Source: Eledone cirrhosa
Lineage: Eukaryota
Direction of reading: 5' to 3'
Assembly (NCBI GenBank): GCA_964016885.1
Contig: OZ024742.1
Location: 285,448,001 to 285,512,000, forward strand
DNA length: 64,000 nucleotides
Under the pieces are notes generated by a model. The model was not told the origin of the DNA. It saw only the letters and a list, made by a program, of their open reading frames with translations, and ran no database searches. Shown one piece after another: positions 28,600-43,663 of this stretch (positions are counted from its first letter, which is position 1; each line of letters begins with the position of its first letter). The translations under genes and the position numbers were made by a program.

Positions 28600-28812
28600 A
28601 GAGGATGAGCGGTGCTTATCTCGACTGAGAGTACAAACATCTACCAGTTCATCGCAGTATTATGAGTACTGATGGTACTCATTCTGTTGCTGAATGTAAT
28701 GGAATAACGTAAAATGAAGTGTTTTACTCAAGAACACTATGCACCACCTTGTCCAGGAATCGAAACTACGACATTATGATGACACACTAACACAAGACCA
28801 GGCACCTTCACA
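28600..28812 (-). mobile_element. SINE family B
   Basis: TTTTACTCAAGAACAC..CCAGGAATCGAAAC core. Confidence 0.7.
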
Positions 28813-28994
28813 AGAGTAGTTGTGGTGTTGTAGGAGGCTTATTTAGTTGCACAATACGGTATATGATTTGAGAGAGGTTTATTTGTTATTTCTAGCAAGA
28901 CGAGTGACTATATGGAAGCACCGTCGTTGACTTATGATAGATATTCAGTTTGTACGGGCTTCATGATAAAATGTTGTACAGTCTGTTGTTAACG

Positions 28995-29160
28995 TTGGCA
29001 GAATCGTTAGAGCATCGGATAAAATATTTGTGCTATTTCTTCTGGCTCTTTAAGTTCTGAGTTCAAATCTTTCCGATGTCAACTTTACTTTTCGCTCTTC
29101 TAGGATCGATAAAATAAAGTATCAGTAACGCACTGGGGAAGATATAATCGACTCATCTTC
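28995..29160 (+). mobile_element. SINE family A, older copy
   Basis: TGGCAGAATCGTTAG A-box, GAGTTCAAATC B-box, core. Confidence 0.75.
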
Positions 29161-29754
29161 CACATCCGTTTTATACACGTTAGATAACAAGCCAATAAAG
29201 GGGATGAGATGGCCATGACTGGAATGCTTTTAATCAAATGTCTGTTCGATTAGGGCTGGCCTGAAAATATTCACTATACTTCACTAAATATTTCACATAA
29301 AAATATAAAATGAAAACTAAAGAAAATATTAATTAAACACTAATTAATGTATGTTAATTGGTCTCACACCACAAGGGATACTTGGGTCTTCCCCTAAAAT
29401 TTGTTGAGGTAAGCCAAGGCACTGACTGCCAGTGATAACGAGGTTAAGGCGCCGGAACAACCAAGCATCTTCACAGGTATCACCTATGTGAAACTACTGG
29501 CCCTTTTAATTACAGATGGGTTTGCAAACAAGCAAAATTTCACTGACAATACCTTAATACCCGGGTCGATCTGAGGCCAGAGTAAATGATGCATGTTCAA
29601 AATTCTGTATAGAAGGAGCGAACTCCGCTCATCGCCCCCCCCCCCCCCCCCCCCCCCCCATATGGAACTGCGAAGATCAAAGCCCGGATACCGAAACCCC
29701 GTCCTAATGATTGACACAGTTATGGTAGTGTTACTGCCATTACTTCTATTCCAA

Positions 29755-29875
29755 TGATCTGAGTTCAAATCCCGCCGAGGTTAACTTTGCCCTTCATCCT
29801 TACGGGGTCGATAAAATAAAGTACCAGTAATACACTGGGATAATTGCTGGCCTTGTGCCAAAAGTAGAAACAATT
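29755..29875 (+). mobile_element. SINE family A, 5'-truncated
   Basis: GAGTTCAAATCCCGCCGAGGTTAACTTTGCC...AGTAGAAACAATTA. Confidence 0.85.
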
Positions 29876-30286
29876 ACTTCTATTCCAGGCAATTATGTTT
29901 GCTATTTTAAATATGCCAAGACACTTTATTTTGGACAAAATATATTATTGTTGATGATAAATGGAAGGATTTGACACTTAAACAAACTGATAACCCCCCC
30001 CCCCCCCCCACACACACACAAACATATATTTGACACACATATACATTTATAACTGATGCACATACAAACACATAACTACCACATACACAACTGGCACATA
30101 CACTCATATACACACCAACAAAATATTTAACAGATTCTCTCTCTCTCTCTCTCTCTCGCCCCTTTCTCTCGCACTCTCTCGCTCTTTCTCTACCTATCTA
30201 TCTTTATTCTCTTCATATACATAATTGCATACCTATATTCGTATATATATATTTACTCACACACGTACACATGCACATATAGATAT

Positions 30287-30356
<70 letters not shown>

Positions 30357-30595
30357 AGAACTGTATGTGTGTATTTACATACGTACTTATGTGTGTGTGT
30401 TTGTGTGTGTATTCATGTATGTGTGTGGTAAGACATGTTTATATTACACCACACATTATGTGAGTACGTATGTATACGCACATACGCAAACTCGTGTACA
30501 CTTGTTTAGATATAATATATATGTATAATATACATATATGTATAATATACATATATGTATAATATACATACTTATATAATATACATATATATATA

Positions 30596-30785
30596 ATTGT
30601 TTCTATTTTTGACACAAGACCAGCAATTACCCAGTACATTACTGGTACTTTATTTTATCCACCCCGTAAGGATGAAAGGCAAAGTTAACCTCGGCGGGAT
30701 TTGAACTCAGATCATAAAGGGACGTAACTCTATGCTTCAAAGCATGGTGTCCGACCCTCTACCGATACTGCCAATCCACCGCTCT
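30596..30785 (-). mobile_element. SINE family A, full length
   Basis: Complete head, core and tail. Confidence 0.88.
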
Positions 30786-31584
30786 TATATACATATATAT
30801 ATATGTACATATACATATATGTATAATATCCATATATGTATAATATACATATATATATAATATACATATATATATTTAAACAAGTGTATATGAATTTGCA
30901 TATATACGTATATACATGCATTCTCACAAACACATTTATGTATATAAATTGTATATACATAAATGTGTGTGAGAGAATGCATGCATATACGTACATATGC
31001 AAAATGATATACACTTGTTTAAATATATATATATGTACGTACATAAATGTGTGTGTATACGCACATATGAAAACTCATATAGACTTGTTTGAATATAATA
31101 TATACGTGTGTGCGTTAGTGTGTGTGTGTGTGTGAGAGGAATTTTTAACAAAATACCATATCTCAGATTTATAAGATTAAATGATATTTTACGCTGCCAG
31201 TATTCCCAGGGGCGTTAGTAACGTTAGTAACGTTATGAGGATTTGCCAACGTCTTATTTCTACAAAAGAGAACTCTGCAATATGAGATTGAGTCTGTTGT
31301 ATTTAGAAACTTATCTATGTTTCATATTTAATAATAATTACATCTTAAAGAAATCTTCTCACATCCATTTACCTTCGTTGACTACAGCTTTGGACAGGAA
31401 AAGTTGATGTTATAACTTTGATTGGCTAGGTTGATCCTGAACCATCACACTTAAATGTTTCTTCTTCTTCTTCTTCTTCTTCTTCTTCTTCTTCTTCTTC
31501 TTCTTCTTCTTCTTCTTCTTCTTCTTCTTCTTCTTCTTCTTCTTTCTAGGTGCAAATCCCATGGTCATTCGTGACCGAAGGGGT

Positions 31585-31618
<34 letters not shown>

Positions 31619-32246
31619 ATATATGCATGTATATATATATATATATATATATATGAATATATGTATGTATATGTATGTACGTATATATATGTATATGAGA
31701 TAGATAGATAGAGAGATAGCTAGAGATTAGATTAAATTAATTTATTCTTTATCATTAACATTAATATAAAATATAATAATCATAATTATTTAAATTTTTT
31801 TTACTCGAATTTTGTTTAGAGGAGGGTCTCAAGTTTCATTTAGCTAAGGACGCCAGCAGGTGAAATTCCGGGCGTGAGTCTATGTGAAGCTCTCCATTTC
31901 TTTATATCTGTCCAGCAATATTATGGAACTGGAGTTGAGCAGTCTGCTATCATTTCATCTGTTAATGCTTATGACCATCTTACCCACTGTTAGACATGCT
32001 CCCGTTATTGTTATGGAAGCTGGTGGTATTTTATCTGGATGTCGTCATCACATTAGCTTTTATTGGTTAACCCTTAACCTCACCATAGAAATGAAAGAAG
32101 CTAGATATGACCGAAGAGGGAACCCGATCATTTTTGAACGAAATCGTTCAAACAGAGAAGCCAGTGTGTCACTAGTAGGTGTAAAACTACAGTTATAAGG
32201 TACAGTTATAAGGTACTCAATACATTAGCAGAGTGAAAACATCAAA

Positions 32247-32303
<57 letters not shown>

Positions 32304-32458
32304 TGTAAACTACATAGAAATCACCGCGTACTCGCAGCATCACTATGGAAACGCCTTGTTGAGTCAAACTTAGCCAAGCGTTGATACTATCCACTACTCG
32401 GAGTACCTTAACTGGACTACATCTAAGTGGACTACCTATAACAATAATTTGTTATCCC

Positions 32459-32536
<78 letters not shown>

Positions 32537-32540
<4 letters not shown>

Positions 32541-32832
32541 GAAGAGGGTGTAGTAACATACCAGGTGGACCATAACGCACCAGAGTACTCAATACTTAGG
32601 GTAGTAGAGTTGGTAATAGGAAAAGAGTCAGGACCCCGACGGCTGAGCTCCGGCCGTTTCGACACCTAGATCCGAACTAAGCCACTAGTATTTTGTTTTG
32701 ACTGCATGCCCATATATGGACTGTACCTCTTGATAAGGTCAGCTCGATTCCCGCCGTTCTAGTACTGTTGGCTTAGTTCGGATCTAGCTCTTGAAACGGC
32801 CGGAACTCAGCCGTCGAGGTCATGACTCTCCC
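32537..32832. mobile_element. (TA)n-embedded element with inverted half-hammerhead arms
   Basis: CCAGGTGGACCATAACG..CAGAGTACTCAATACTTAGGGTAGTAGAG; arms ~32620-32686 and 32768-32832; relatives at 40320-40410, 44790-44952 and 56150-56250. Confidence 0.75.
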
Positions 32833-32887
<55 letters not shown>

Positions 32888-32929
32888 ATGTGTGTGTGTG
32901 AGAGAGAAAGAGAAAGAGAGAGAGAGAGT

Positions 32930-33010
<81 letters not shown>

Positions 33011-33519
33011 TATGTGAATGAATAAGCGAATATAGAGGTAAGTACAAATATGAGGATAAGCAAGACGATGGCCATAAAAATGTGTATGAAAGGAATACAA
33101 AAGACGTAGCAATAAATAAAGCTAATGATACTTCTGAGGATCCGAGGTGATGGACGTAGAGTGTATGGTGATGTGGGGGCTAGGAGCAAGTCATTCTGGT
33201 GAAACCAAATTATTGTTATAATCCGACAAAGGAAGTAGCTGAATATTTACAGATGGTAGTTCTTACCAGAAGTTTTTATTGATAGAATTATAGAAATTAT
33301 TATTTAATGGAAGGCGCGGTACAAAACCTAGATTGCCGGACTAAATAGGTTATGGGATTTAATATCATCCCTATACAGTTGGCCTTAGCAGTGCCTTTCA
33401 CCTCCTCTGGCTGTCAATAAAATAAGTAGCACACATATAATAAGATTTCTCTTTATTCTACTGAATACAACCATATTTCAAATATCTGATCATGTGTGAA
33501 TCTGAGTTAGATACACACA

Positions 33520-33558
<39 letters not shown>

Positions 33559-33980
33559 GTATATATATATACCGATTGTGTTGTTATTTCTGTTTACCTT
33601 TTACATATATATAGATATATAATAATAAATGCATATATATATATATATATAAGAAATATATGTATATAAATATAAAGAATGCATTAGTTCATCTGTTGTA
33701 AACCATTGCCTAAAGTTAGTGTCGTGTCATATACAGTTAATTTTATTATTGTATAAGACTTCTATCGGAATCCTGTCTATGGCGATATAGTTATTTACAT
33801 TTGGGCATAGGTGATATTTAAGGAAAACGCCAATAACAGACATAATCATCATAATTTGCTTTGTCAAAGTTCTTATATTTCCTAAATGAATTTCGGTTTC
33901 ATACAACAAATTCCTTTGCCGCAAGAACACACAACACACACGCGCACCCCCCCCCACACACATACACACACACACACACA

Positions 33981-34015
<35 letters not shown>

Positions 34016-34042
34016 CCACGCGCGAATTGTATATATATACAT

Positions 34043-34088
<46 letters not shown>

Positions 34089-34144
34089 CACGTGATAATA
34101 CTCCCATTCGAAATTATTGCTAGAAGAATTCTTGATTGAGAATG

Positions 34145-34210
34145 TTCCCTGATGAGCTGAGATTTCCCAGTGCTCAAAACTGCGGTTACTCAGTGAAACT
34201 GCAATCGGGA
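34145..34210 (+). ncRNA. Type I hammerhead motif with long stem II
   Basis: TTCC-CTGATGA-G CTGAG...CTCAG T-GAAA-CTGCAA-TC-GGGA; in a ~140-bp element after (TA)n. Confidence 0.65.
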
Positions 34211-34276
34211 TGATAATGTAATTAAGCAATTCTTTCTTTATCTTGCTTGCCCCCCCCCCCCCCCCATATATATATG

Positions 34277-34308
<32 letters not shown>

Positions 34309-34362
34309 AATATTCTCTTTTACCCTTTTACCTGTTCCAGCCAGGCTATGCTGGGGCATCAC

Positions 34363-34427
<65 letters not shown>

Positions 34428-34849
34428 AGTTAATATAAATTAATATATGATAAACACATAAGTGTTTGTATTGTAAATGACCAAGTTAGCTAGAATGAAA
34501 TATACTAATTAAAATAAATATAGTTTGCCTGTCTCGATTTAAAATAATAAATCAATAAAAACAAACCCATATTGGCAATAACCGTGATACCTGGACAAAT
34601 TTAAATTTCAAAATCCAAACCTGTTCCGCAGACAAATTTAAACTTCAAAACCCAAATAAGTTTCGCAACGATAGTATAAAAAAGTGAAAGATTCCATTTT
34701 CTGTGTTCATCAACAGGTATCCAGAAAATTAGGATGACTTACCATATTTTCTGTGTATGCTGCAGCGAAAGAAAGAAAGAAGCCTTTTTTGGTTATGGCC
34801 ATCCGTGGTCATGCAACACACGCAAAAAATATTTAGGTCAAGGGATGCA

Positions 34850-35064
34850 AGTGTTTGAAGCTTTTTTAAGTGAAAAAAGGCCTTGGAAGACCACGGAAAA
34901 CCTGGGCGGAGTTGGTGAGAGCTGACCTCACATCGCTAAAGCTCACAGATTAGATGACAAAGGACCGTGACAAATGGAGAGATGCTGTGCTGAAGGGGAC
35001 CCGTCCTACCCTTGCAAGCAGGGAAAAGCGGACATAAAATGATGATGATGATGATGATGATGAT
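34850..35064 (+). mobile_element. RTE LINE 3' end with (ATG)n tail
   Basis: GRPRKTWAELVRADL...DRDKWRDAV, then short UTR and (GAT)n. Confidence 0.8.
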
Positions 35065-35272
35065 AAATTGAAGTATGAAAAAGTAGAAACTGCTTTCAAA
35101 TTTATTTACTAAGAAACCAATACTCCGTTGGGTCGAAGTCTATTTGATCCCGGATCTTACTTGGAGAAATGCAACCGACGTGCAGTGCTTTAGCCTGATT
35201 ACACCATTAATTGCTTGGTATCTCTGAGCCTGCCTTTTAAAAGAATATATATATGTGTATATTACTGTAATA

Positions 35273-35590
35273 GCAGTATCGGTAGAGGGTTGGATTATGC
35301 TTTCCGGCATAGTTACGTCCCTTTACGATCTGAGTTCAATTCCCGCCGAGGTTAACTTTGCCTTTCATCCTTACGGGGTCGATAAAATATAGTACCAGTA
35401 ATGTACTGGGATAATTGCTGGCCTTGTGCCAAAAAGTAGAAACAATTATTTATAATATATTTGAGTTCAAATGAGTTCAATTCCCGCCGAGGTTAACTTT
35501 GCCTTTCATCCTTTCGGGGTCGATAAAATAAAGTACCAGTAATGCACTGGGTAATTGCTGGCCTTGTGCCTAAAGTAGAAACAATTATTT
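35273..35590 (+). mobile_element. Two tandem SINE family A copies (second truncated)
   Basis: Core repeated at 35330-35450 and 35472-35590. Confidence 0.85.
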
Positions 35591-35719
35591 ATAATATATT
35601 TATATATATACACACACGGTGCGGTTCTGCACAGGAGATTTGAACTCAGAAACACGTAGATGCAAACGAACTATGAATATCTAATACATACATTTATGCT
35701 TGCGTCAATTTGTATCAGT

Positions 35720-35776
35720 GTGTATATCTGTGTGTGTGTATGTCTGTATCTTTCTATGCGTGTGTCTGTATGTGAG

Positions 35777-35826
<50 letters not shown>

Positions 35827-35941
35827 GGCATGTGTGTGCAAAAACATCTGTTCATAAAAGTGTCTGTATGTGTTAATCTCTGTGTGTATCTGTGTGTGTA
35901 TGTCTGTATCTTTCTATGCGTGTGTCTGTATGTGAGCATGT

Positions 35942-35990
<49 letters not shown>

Positions 35991-36306
35991 GGCATGTGTG
36001 TGCAAAAACATCTGTTCATAAAAGTGTCTGTATGTGTTAATCTCTGTGTGTATCTGTGTGTGTGTATGTGAACATATGTGTATCTGTAACTGTATGTGAA
36101 CATGTGTATATCTGTGTGTGTATGTGAGTATACGTTTCTGTATCTATGTGAGCATGTATATATCTGTGGGTGTGTCTGTATCTCTGTGTGTGTGAGCATG
36201 TGTATCTGTATGTGAACATGTGTGTATCTGTGGCTGTATGTATATGTGTGTGTAAGTGAGTATATGTGTCTGTATGTATGTGAGCATGTATATATATGTG
36301 GGTGCA

Positions 36307-36340
<34 letters not shown>

Positions 36341-38231
36341 AACATGTGTGTGTGTATGTGTGTGAACATGTGTGTATGTGTGTGTGTATGTATATTGAGT
36401 GTCAGAGCATTTGTTTGTGTGAGAGCATGTGCGTGTGAGAGCATGTGTGTGTGAGAGCATGTGTGTATGTGTATGTATATTGAGTGTGAGAGCATGTGTG
36501 TGTGTGAGAGCATGTGTGTGTGTGAGCATGTGTGTGTATATGTGTGTGAACATGTGTGTATGTGTGTGTGTATGTATATTGAGTGTGACAGCATGTGTGT
36601 GTGAGAGCATGTGTGTGAGAGCCTGTGTGTATATGTGTGTGAACATGTGTGTATGTGTGTGTGTGTGTATGTATATTGAGTGTGAGAGCATGTGTGTGTG
36701 AGAGCATGTGTGTATGTGTGTGTATATGTGTGTGAACATGTGTGTATGTGTGTGTGTGTGTATATTGAGTGTGAGAGCATGTGTGTGTGAGAGCATGTGT
36801 GTGTGTATATGTGTGTGAACATGTGTGTATGTGTGTGTGTATGTATATTGAGTGTGAGAGCATGTGTGTGTGAGAGCATGTGTGTGTGTGTATATGTGTG
36901 TGAACATGTGTGTATGTGTGTGTGTGTGTGTATATTGAGTGTGAGAGCATGTGTGTGTGAGAGCATGTGTGTGTGTATATGTGTGTGAACATGTGTGTAT
37001 GTGTGTGTGTATGTATATTGAGTGTGAGAGCATGTGTGTGTGAGAGCATGTGTGTGTGTGTATATGTGTGTGAACATGTGTGTATGTGTGTGTGTATGTA
37101 TATTGAGTGTGAGAGCATGTGTGTGTGAGAGCATGTGTGTATGTGTGTGTATATGTGTGTGAACATGTGTGTATGTGTGTGTGTGTGTATATTGAGTGTG
37201 AGAGCATGTGTGTGTGAGAGCATGTGTGTGTGTATATGTGTGTGAACATGTGTGTGTGTGTGTATATATTGAGTGTGAGAGCATGTGTGTGTGTGAGAGC
37301 ATGTGTGTATGTGTGTGTATATGTGTGTGAACATGTGTGTATGTGTGTGTGTATATTGTGTGTGAGAGCATGTGTGTGTGAGAGCATGTGTGTGTGTATG
37401 TGTGTGAACATGTGTGTATGTGTGTGTGTGTGTGTATATTGTGTGTGAGAGCATGTGTGTGTGAGAGCATGTGTGTGTGTATGTGTGTGAACATGTGTGT
37501 ATGTGTGTGTGTATGTATATTGAGTGTGAGAGCATGTGTGTGTGAGAGCATGTGTGTGTGAGAGCATGTGTGTGTGTGTATGTATATTGAGTGTCAGAGC
37601 ATGTGTGTGTGTGTGTGTATATGTGTGTGAACATGTGTGCGTGTGTGTGTGTGTGTATATTGAGTGTGAGAGCATGTGTGTGTGTGAGAGCATGTGTGTA
37701 TGTGTGTGTATATGTGTGTGAACATGTGTGTATGTGTGTGTGTATATTGTGTGTGAGAGCATGTGTGTGTGAGAGCATGTGTGTGTGTATGTGTGTGAAC
37801 ATGTGTGTATGTGTGTGTGTATGTATATTGAGTGTGAGAGCATGTGTGTGTGAGAGCATGTGTGTGTGTGTATGTATATTGAGTGTCAGAGCATGTGTGT
37901 GTGTGTGTATATGTGTGTGAACATGTGTGTGTGTGTGTGTGTGTGTGTATTGAGTGTGAGAGCATGTGTGTGTGTGAGAGCATGTGTGTGTATATGTGTG
38001 TGAATATGTGTGTGTGTGTATGTATATTGAGTGTGAGAGCATGTGTGTGTGAGAGTATGTGTGTGTGTGTGTGTGTATATGTGTGTGAATATGTGTGTAT
38101 GTGTGTGTGTGTATGTATATTGAGTGTGAGAGCATGTGTGTGAGAGCATGTGTGTGTGTGTGTGTATGTGTGTGAACATGTGTGTATGTGTGTATGTATA
38201 TTGAGTGTGAGAGCATGTGTGTGTGAGAGCA

Positions 38232-38263
<32 letters not shown>

Positions 38264-38357
38264 TGAACATGTGTGTATGTGTGTGTGTGTGTGTGTATGT
38301 ATATTGAGTGTGAGAGCATGTGTGTGTGAGAGCATGTGTGTGTGAGAGCATGTGTGT
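35720..38357. repeat. TG-based higher-order satellite
   Basis: Cycling modules TATATTGAGTGT, GAGAGCATGTGTG and GAACATGTGTG. Confidence 0.92.
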
Positions 38358-38639
38358 TTAAAAATATCTGTTTTATAGAAGAATTATTTGCACATGACTT
38401 GCTGCTCTGTTGACCTCTGCTTCACATTGACAAGGTCACAGCGGAGGACTTCACATCCTTATTGCCGGCCTAGTCTATTCTCTGGTGCTGCTTTTCTTAA
38501 CATGTTTCATTGCTATGTTTCTCCCCTTACAAACCGACCAGCAGGCACATACATACACACACACACACACACGTTCATACACACACATACATACACATAT
38601 GCGCAGATATGTATTCTTCTATGTACCTAGGTGCTATTG

Positions 38640-38671
<32 letters not shown>

Positions 38672-39154
38672 TGTATGTATGTATGTATGTATGTACGTAT
38701 GTATGTATGTATGTATGTATGCATGTATGCATGTATGTATGTGTGTATGTATGTGTGTGTGTATGTGTGTGTGTATGTATGTATATGTGTGTGTATGCAT
38801 GTATGTGTGTTTGTATGTATGTGTGTGTATGTATGTATGTATGTATGTATGTATGTATGTATGTATGTGTGTTTGTATGTGTGTGTGTATGTATATATGT
38901 ATGTATGTATGTGTGTATGTGTGTATGTGTGTGTGTGTATGTGTGTATGTGTGTGTGTATGTATGTATGTATGTGTGTATGTGAGTATGTGTTTATGTAT
39001 GTATGTATGTGTGTATGTGTGTATGTATGTATGTGTGTTTGTATGTATATGTGTGTGTATGTATGTATGTTATCTCTTTCTCTTAATTTCGAGTATATTT
39101 TTTTTTGACCGGCCACCTTCCTGGTGGCAAGGTTGTAAAAGAAAAGAAATTGTC

Positions 39155-39352
39155 ATCCCTTGAATCGCAAGAATGTTTTGCAAATTTTGAAGGTGCCAGC
39201 TATCGCAGCCATTTGTAGACTATGAATTAGGGAGCTGCGCTTTTTGTCCGCAAATCCAAGTTCAGTCATACTTTGGTCCAAGCGGGTAGGTATATAACCC
39301 GTCGCTCCAATAATGATGGGTATGAAGCTAAAGGTGTATCTTGGATACTGGA
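39155..39352 (-). pseudogene. R4/Dong-like RLE C-terminal fragment among (ATGT)n tracts
   Basis: [53 protein letters not shown]. Confidence 0.65.
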
Positions 39353-39459
39353 TTTGTATGTATGTGAGTATGTGTGTATGTATGTATGTTTGTATGTATG
39401 TATGTGTGTATGTGTGTATGTATGTATGTTTGTATGTATGTATGTGTGTATGTATGAGA

Positions 39460-39860
39460 TGACCCCTTAGCCTTTGTCAAGGCAGAATTCTAGGAGAAGG
39501 AAAACTCTGATATAACACCTGTAACCCTGATGGTATCCAGTGATGTTGACTTGTTCTTCTTTTTGGTAAATATCATCTTGGTTAAGAGAGTGGGACTGGC
39601 TTTGTGCAGTGCCTTTGCTCACTATAAAAGCTTCACGGCACAGGCATTGCTTTATATCTGGAGATCTCTCTGCACTTGTCACCACAGGGTACAATGGGCC
39701 CAGCACTATGTGTCAATAATTGTCACAAGTGTAGTGTTTGTACCAGAGTTTTCAAGTCGCTGTCTGGACTAAAAAGTCACACTCGTTCAGCGCATCGGTA
39801 AGGGTTCTCCTACATGGATATAAAGTAGTGGCCGTACTCGAAAACGAGTTGGCAGCCACC
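39460..39860 (+). mobile_element. Dispersed repeat, probably RTE 5' region; homologous to 62340-62640
   Basis: Shared CTAGGAGA(A/G)G(A)GAAACTCTGA-like motif, GAGAGTGGGA.TGG and GCACAGGCATTGCTT. Confidence 0.5.
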
Positions 39861-40017
39861 ATGTATGTATGTATGTATGTATGTGTGTATGTATATATGT
39901 ATGTATGTGAGTATGTCTGTATGTATGTATGTTTGTATGTATGTATGCATGTTTACGTGGATGTATGTATGCATGAATATATGTTTATCTGCCTGGATGT
40001 ATGTATGTGTGTGTGTG

Positions 40018-40049
<32 letters not shown>

Positions 40050-40220
40050 TGTATGTATGTATGTATGTATGTATGTATGTATGTATGTATGTATGTGTAT
40101 ATATCTATGTGTATGTATGTGTTTATGATTGCATGAATGTACAAGTGGGCGGGTGGGTGGATGTAGGTATTATTGTATATACATGAAACACTTAGAAGTG
40201 ACGTTGAACATATATATACA

Positions 40221-40287
<67 letters not shown>

Positions 40288-40405
40288 TTCTTAGGAATGA
40301 AACAGTTCTAGTTATGTAGAAGCAGAGTACTCAATACTTAGGGTAGTAGAGTGAGTAATATGAAAATGGTCAGAGTTTAAGCCGTTTCGCGGCTATATCT
40401 GCACA

Positions 40406-40461
<56 letters not shown>

Positions 40462-40671
40462 CCTATGTAGTAAACTCAGTATTGAATGACGCAATAGATC
40501 CAGATGGGGGACTTCCTAAACTTGAAGGTACATAAAATATTAAGATGAGAGAGAAATGGAAATTGTTTGTACTGAATCAAATTATTTGGCACTGGATCAA
40601 ATATAGACCTTGTTAGATAGATGAGTACATAGATAGACATAGGGATGGAGAGATGGTTGGAGAGAGGGAGA

Positions 40672-40743
<72 letters not shown>

Positions 40744-41029
40744 TGGGGGTAGATAGATAAATAGAAATAGAAGTAGTGAGAGAGATAGAAATGGGCACAT
40801 ATATATATATATCCGTTTCTGAATTTGTTTAGCAAGATTCTTTATCTGAAATCGTGTGTTGAAACCGATATTGTTATACTTTGGGAGGGTCATGTTGCCA
40901 ATAAGAAACACACGCACCAGTTGCTTTCACTTCAATTTATTATATATTTATAAATTTATAAATTTACAAATCTACAAATTTATAAATTTCTGGTTGGTTG
41001 GTGCCACAACCAGATAGTTGTTTATATAT

Positions 41030-41074
41030 AGTCATAGTCCTTTCGTCACACACTCTGTGACCTCTTCAGTGACT
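41030..41074 (-). ncRNA. Minimal hammerhead ribozyme (inverted pLTR)
   Basis: Mirror of 43876-43920. Confidence 0.75.
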
Positions 41075-41620
41075 GGGGATTCCTTTCTTTGTTTCTGTGC
41101 CTTTCCTTTCTTCTGTCCTACGCCATTTTGTTTCTGTGTGTGTGTTGTGTGCTCAGTTTGCCTATGCGCCACATCCGGGTGTCTGTGTGTGTTTGTGTTC
41201 ATTTATCTATTTGTTTATTTATTTATTTACATGTTGTTGGTTGGTTGTTTGTTCTATGTGTGTGTGTGTTTTCATTTTGTCCTTAATTGTAAGTTGTGAT
41301 GTTGCTGTTCCACTCATATTTTCTATTTAATTTTGGTTGTAATTCTTTTATGTTTACTGCTTCTGTAATTTGTCTAAACATTGCATCTTTTCTGTGTGTA
41401 GATTCTATTTTTATTTCTATGTTCTGTAATTTACCCTTGTGTTCTATCTTAGCATGTTGGTAGAGTACAGATGATTCTTTATTATCTTGAAGGTCTCGCC
41501 AGTGTTCATTTATCCGTTCCCCTATACTACGAGCTGTCTCACCTATGTACACTATATTTTTGTTTCTACATTGTCCTTCAGTACATCTTATGCTATACAC
41601 TGCCAAACTAGATCCAGGCA

Positions 41621-43663
41621 ATGCAACCCCACATCACTAACACAAGAGAGGTAACACCACAGGAGCATGAGGATAGAGAAAAAGCCCTCAATGCCCATAT
41701 GGTGATGTGGACGAATATAATGCAGCCAAACAAAAGGACTGCCAACAACTTCCAGGCCTGGAACAATGACGTGCCGGCGTTGTATGGGCTTCGAAAAGAC
41801 CATAAAACGGGCTGTGACCCTGTCGCGGGACCACCAACACGGCCAGTCTGTGGAGCTAACATTGCTAGTAACTACAGACTGTCCTACTTCCTCTCCCTGA
41901 TCATACGCCCCATCATTGAGATGTCCCTAGACGTATGTGACAGCACGGAGGACCTCCTCAGCAGAATCGGCGTGAGTAACCGATCTAGGGACCTAACAAA
42001 CTGCATAATAGGCAGTATGGATGTTGTGTCCCTGTATCCATCTATTGACGTGGATTTTGCTGTGGAGAAATGTGTAGAAATGATCAGCGAGAGCAAGGTT
42101 GAGTTCCGTGGGATTGATACCAGTGAGCTGGGACTCCTACTTAAGCTTACCCATAGTAATAGTTACCTAGACACTTATGACCTTAGCAACCTGTGCCCTA
42201 CAAGACCAGCAAGAGGCAGAACACCTACCATTACCTCAATGGCCAAGAAAACCCACACAGATAGATGGAACGGGTGGACCAGAGCCATACGGACACCCGA
42301 AAACCACGATGAACTGAAGAAAATGATTGCACATGCGGTAGGGGCCAGCATAAAATTAACCCTTAAGGAACATATGTTCAAATTTAATGGAAAAACATAT
42401 GCCCAAGAGGAAGGAGCAGCCATTGGTGTTAGCATTGCAGGCGACATAGCTAACTTATTCATGGTATGGTGGGACAGTAGACTTAAACTTAAAGAACAAT
42501 TAGAAACCCCTGAACCCTGATAATGTACTCCCGCTACGTTGATGATATAAACATCGTAGTTAAGACACCCCCACTAGAGAACAGTCAGGAACTAGAGAAA
42601 AACAATGGAAAGCATCCAGCAAATAGCTAACTCCATCCACCAGAGCATTAGAGTTACTATAGACTACCCAAGTAAACACCCCAACCATCGATTACCTGTA
42701 CTAGACACAGAGCTCTGGTTAGATACCATTAACAACCAAAAACAAATCCTCCATTCCCATTATGCCAAACCCATGACTTCCAAACATCTGATCCACCGAA
42801 ACTCGGCCGTTTCGGACCATACCAAAATCAACATACTGATTGCGGATTTGGTACGGGTGATGAGAAATGTGTCCCGCATGTGCAACCCCGAAGAACTAGA
42901 GAGACACATACAACACTTCATCCACCGTATGCAGTTCTCTGACTACAATCAGAGAAATAAAATCAGAGTGTATAAAGGAGCCAGAACCAAATGGGAAAAA
43001 ATGGTAAATAATGACATAAATGGGACCTGCCCCTTGTATAGGAGCAAATTTTGGAATAGAATAAAAAGAACTAGGAACAAGGCCAATAGAATAAACTCAT
43101 TGTATGATAGCAATAAATACCAGAGTGTAATGTTCACCAATACAACCCCTAGAGGCGAACTAGCCTACAAATTTAGAAGGGCCCTAAATAAACATAAACT
43201 CAATATTAAGATAGTAGAAAGACCAGGTACCTCCGTAAAAACACTTATTAGCAAGACATACCCGTTCCAAAGACCCTCATGTATAGATAAGAAATGTATA
43301 ACCTGTAAAATAAGCCCCCATATTAACTGTAAAACTAGAAATGTAGTGTATAGCATAAGATGTACTGAAGGACAATGTAGAAACAAAAATATAGTGTACA
43401 TAGGTGAGACAGCTCGTAGTATAGGGGAACGGATAAATGAACACTGGCGAGACCTTCAAGATAATAAAGAATCATCTGTACTCTACCAACATGCTAAGAT
43501 AGAACACAAGGGTAAATTACAGAACATAGAAATAAAAATAGAATCCACACACAGAAAAGATGCAATGTTTAGGCAAATTACAGAGGCAGTAAGCATAAAA
43601 GAATTACAACCAAAATTAAATAGAAAATATGAGTGGAACAGCAACATCACAACTTACAATTAA
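41621..43663 (+). pseudogene. PLE RT plus GIY-YIG ORF, 5'-truncated, one frameshift near 42506
   Basis: ORFs 41621-42520 and 42605-43663; YSRYVDD at ~42525-42546 is in frame with the second ORF. Confidence 0.9.

Noticed and set aside
25156-28640. 1100-aa and 1021-aa His/Thr-rich ORFs
   Set aside because: Open in several frames with the same cycling peptide; the 32-bp unit is not a multiple of 3; minisatellite artefact
31884-32198. 104-aa ORF in non-repetitive DNA
   Set aside because: GTG start, no recognisable motif or splice evidence
42518-42520. TGA in the PLE ORF as possible selenocysteine recoding (reported for Naiad PLEs)
   Set aside because: Out of frame after a 1-nt deletion relative to copy 1, so not an in-frame TGA; domain order is also not Naiad-like
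43540-43600. Cluster of A/G differences between the two arms of the PLE, suggesting ADAR editing before reverse transcription
   Set aside because: Only four changes; one is T/C, and copy 1 indicates one is G-to-A in the other arm; too few to support editing
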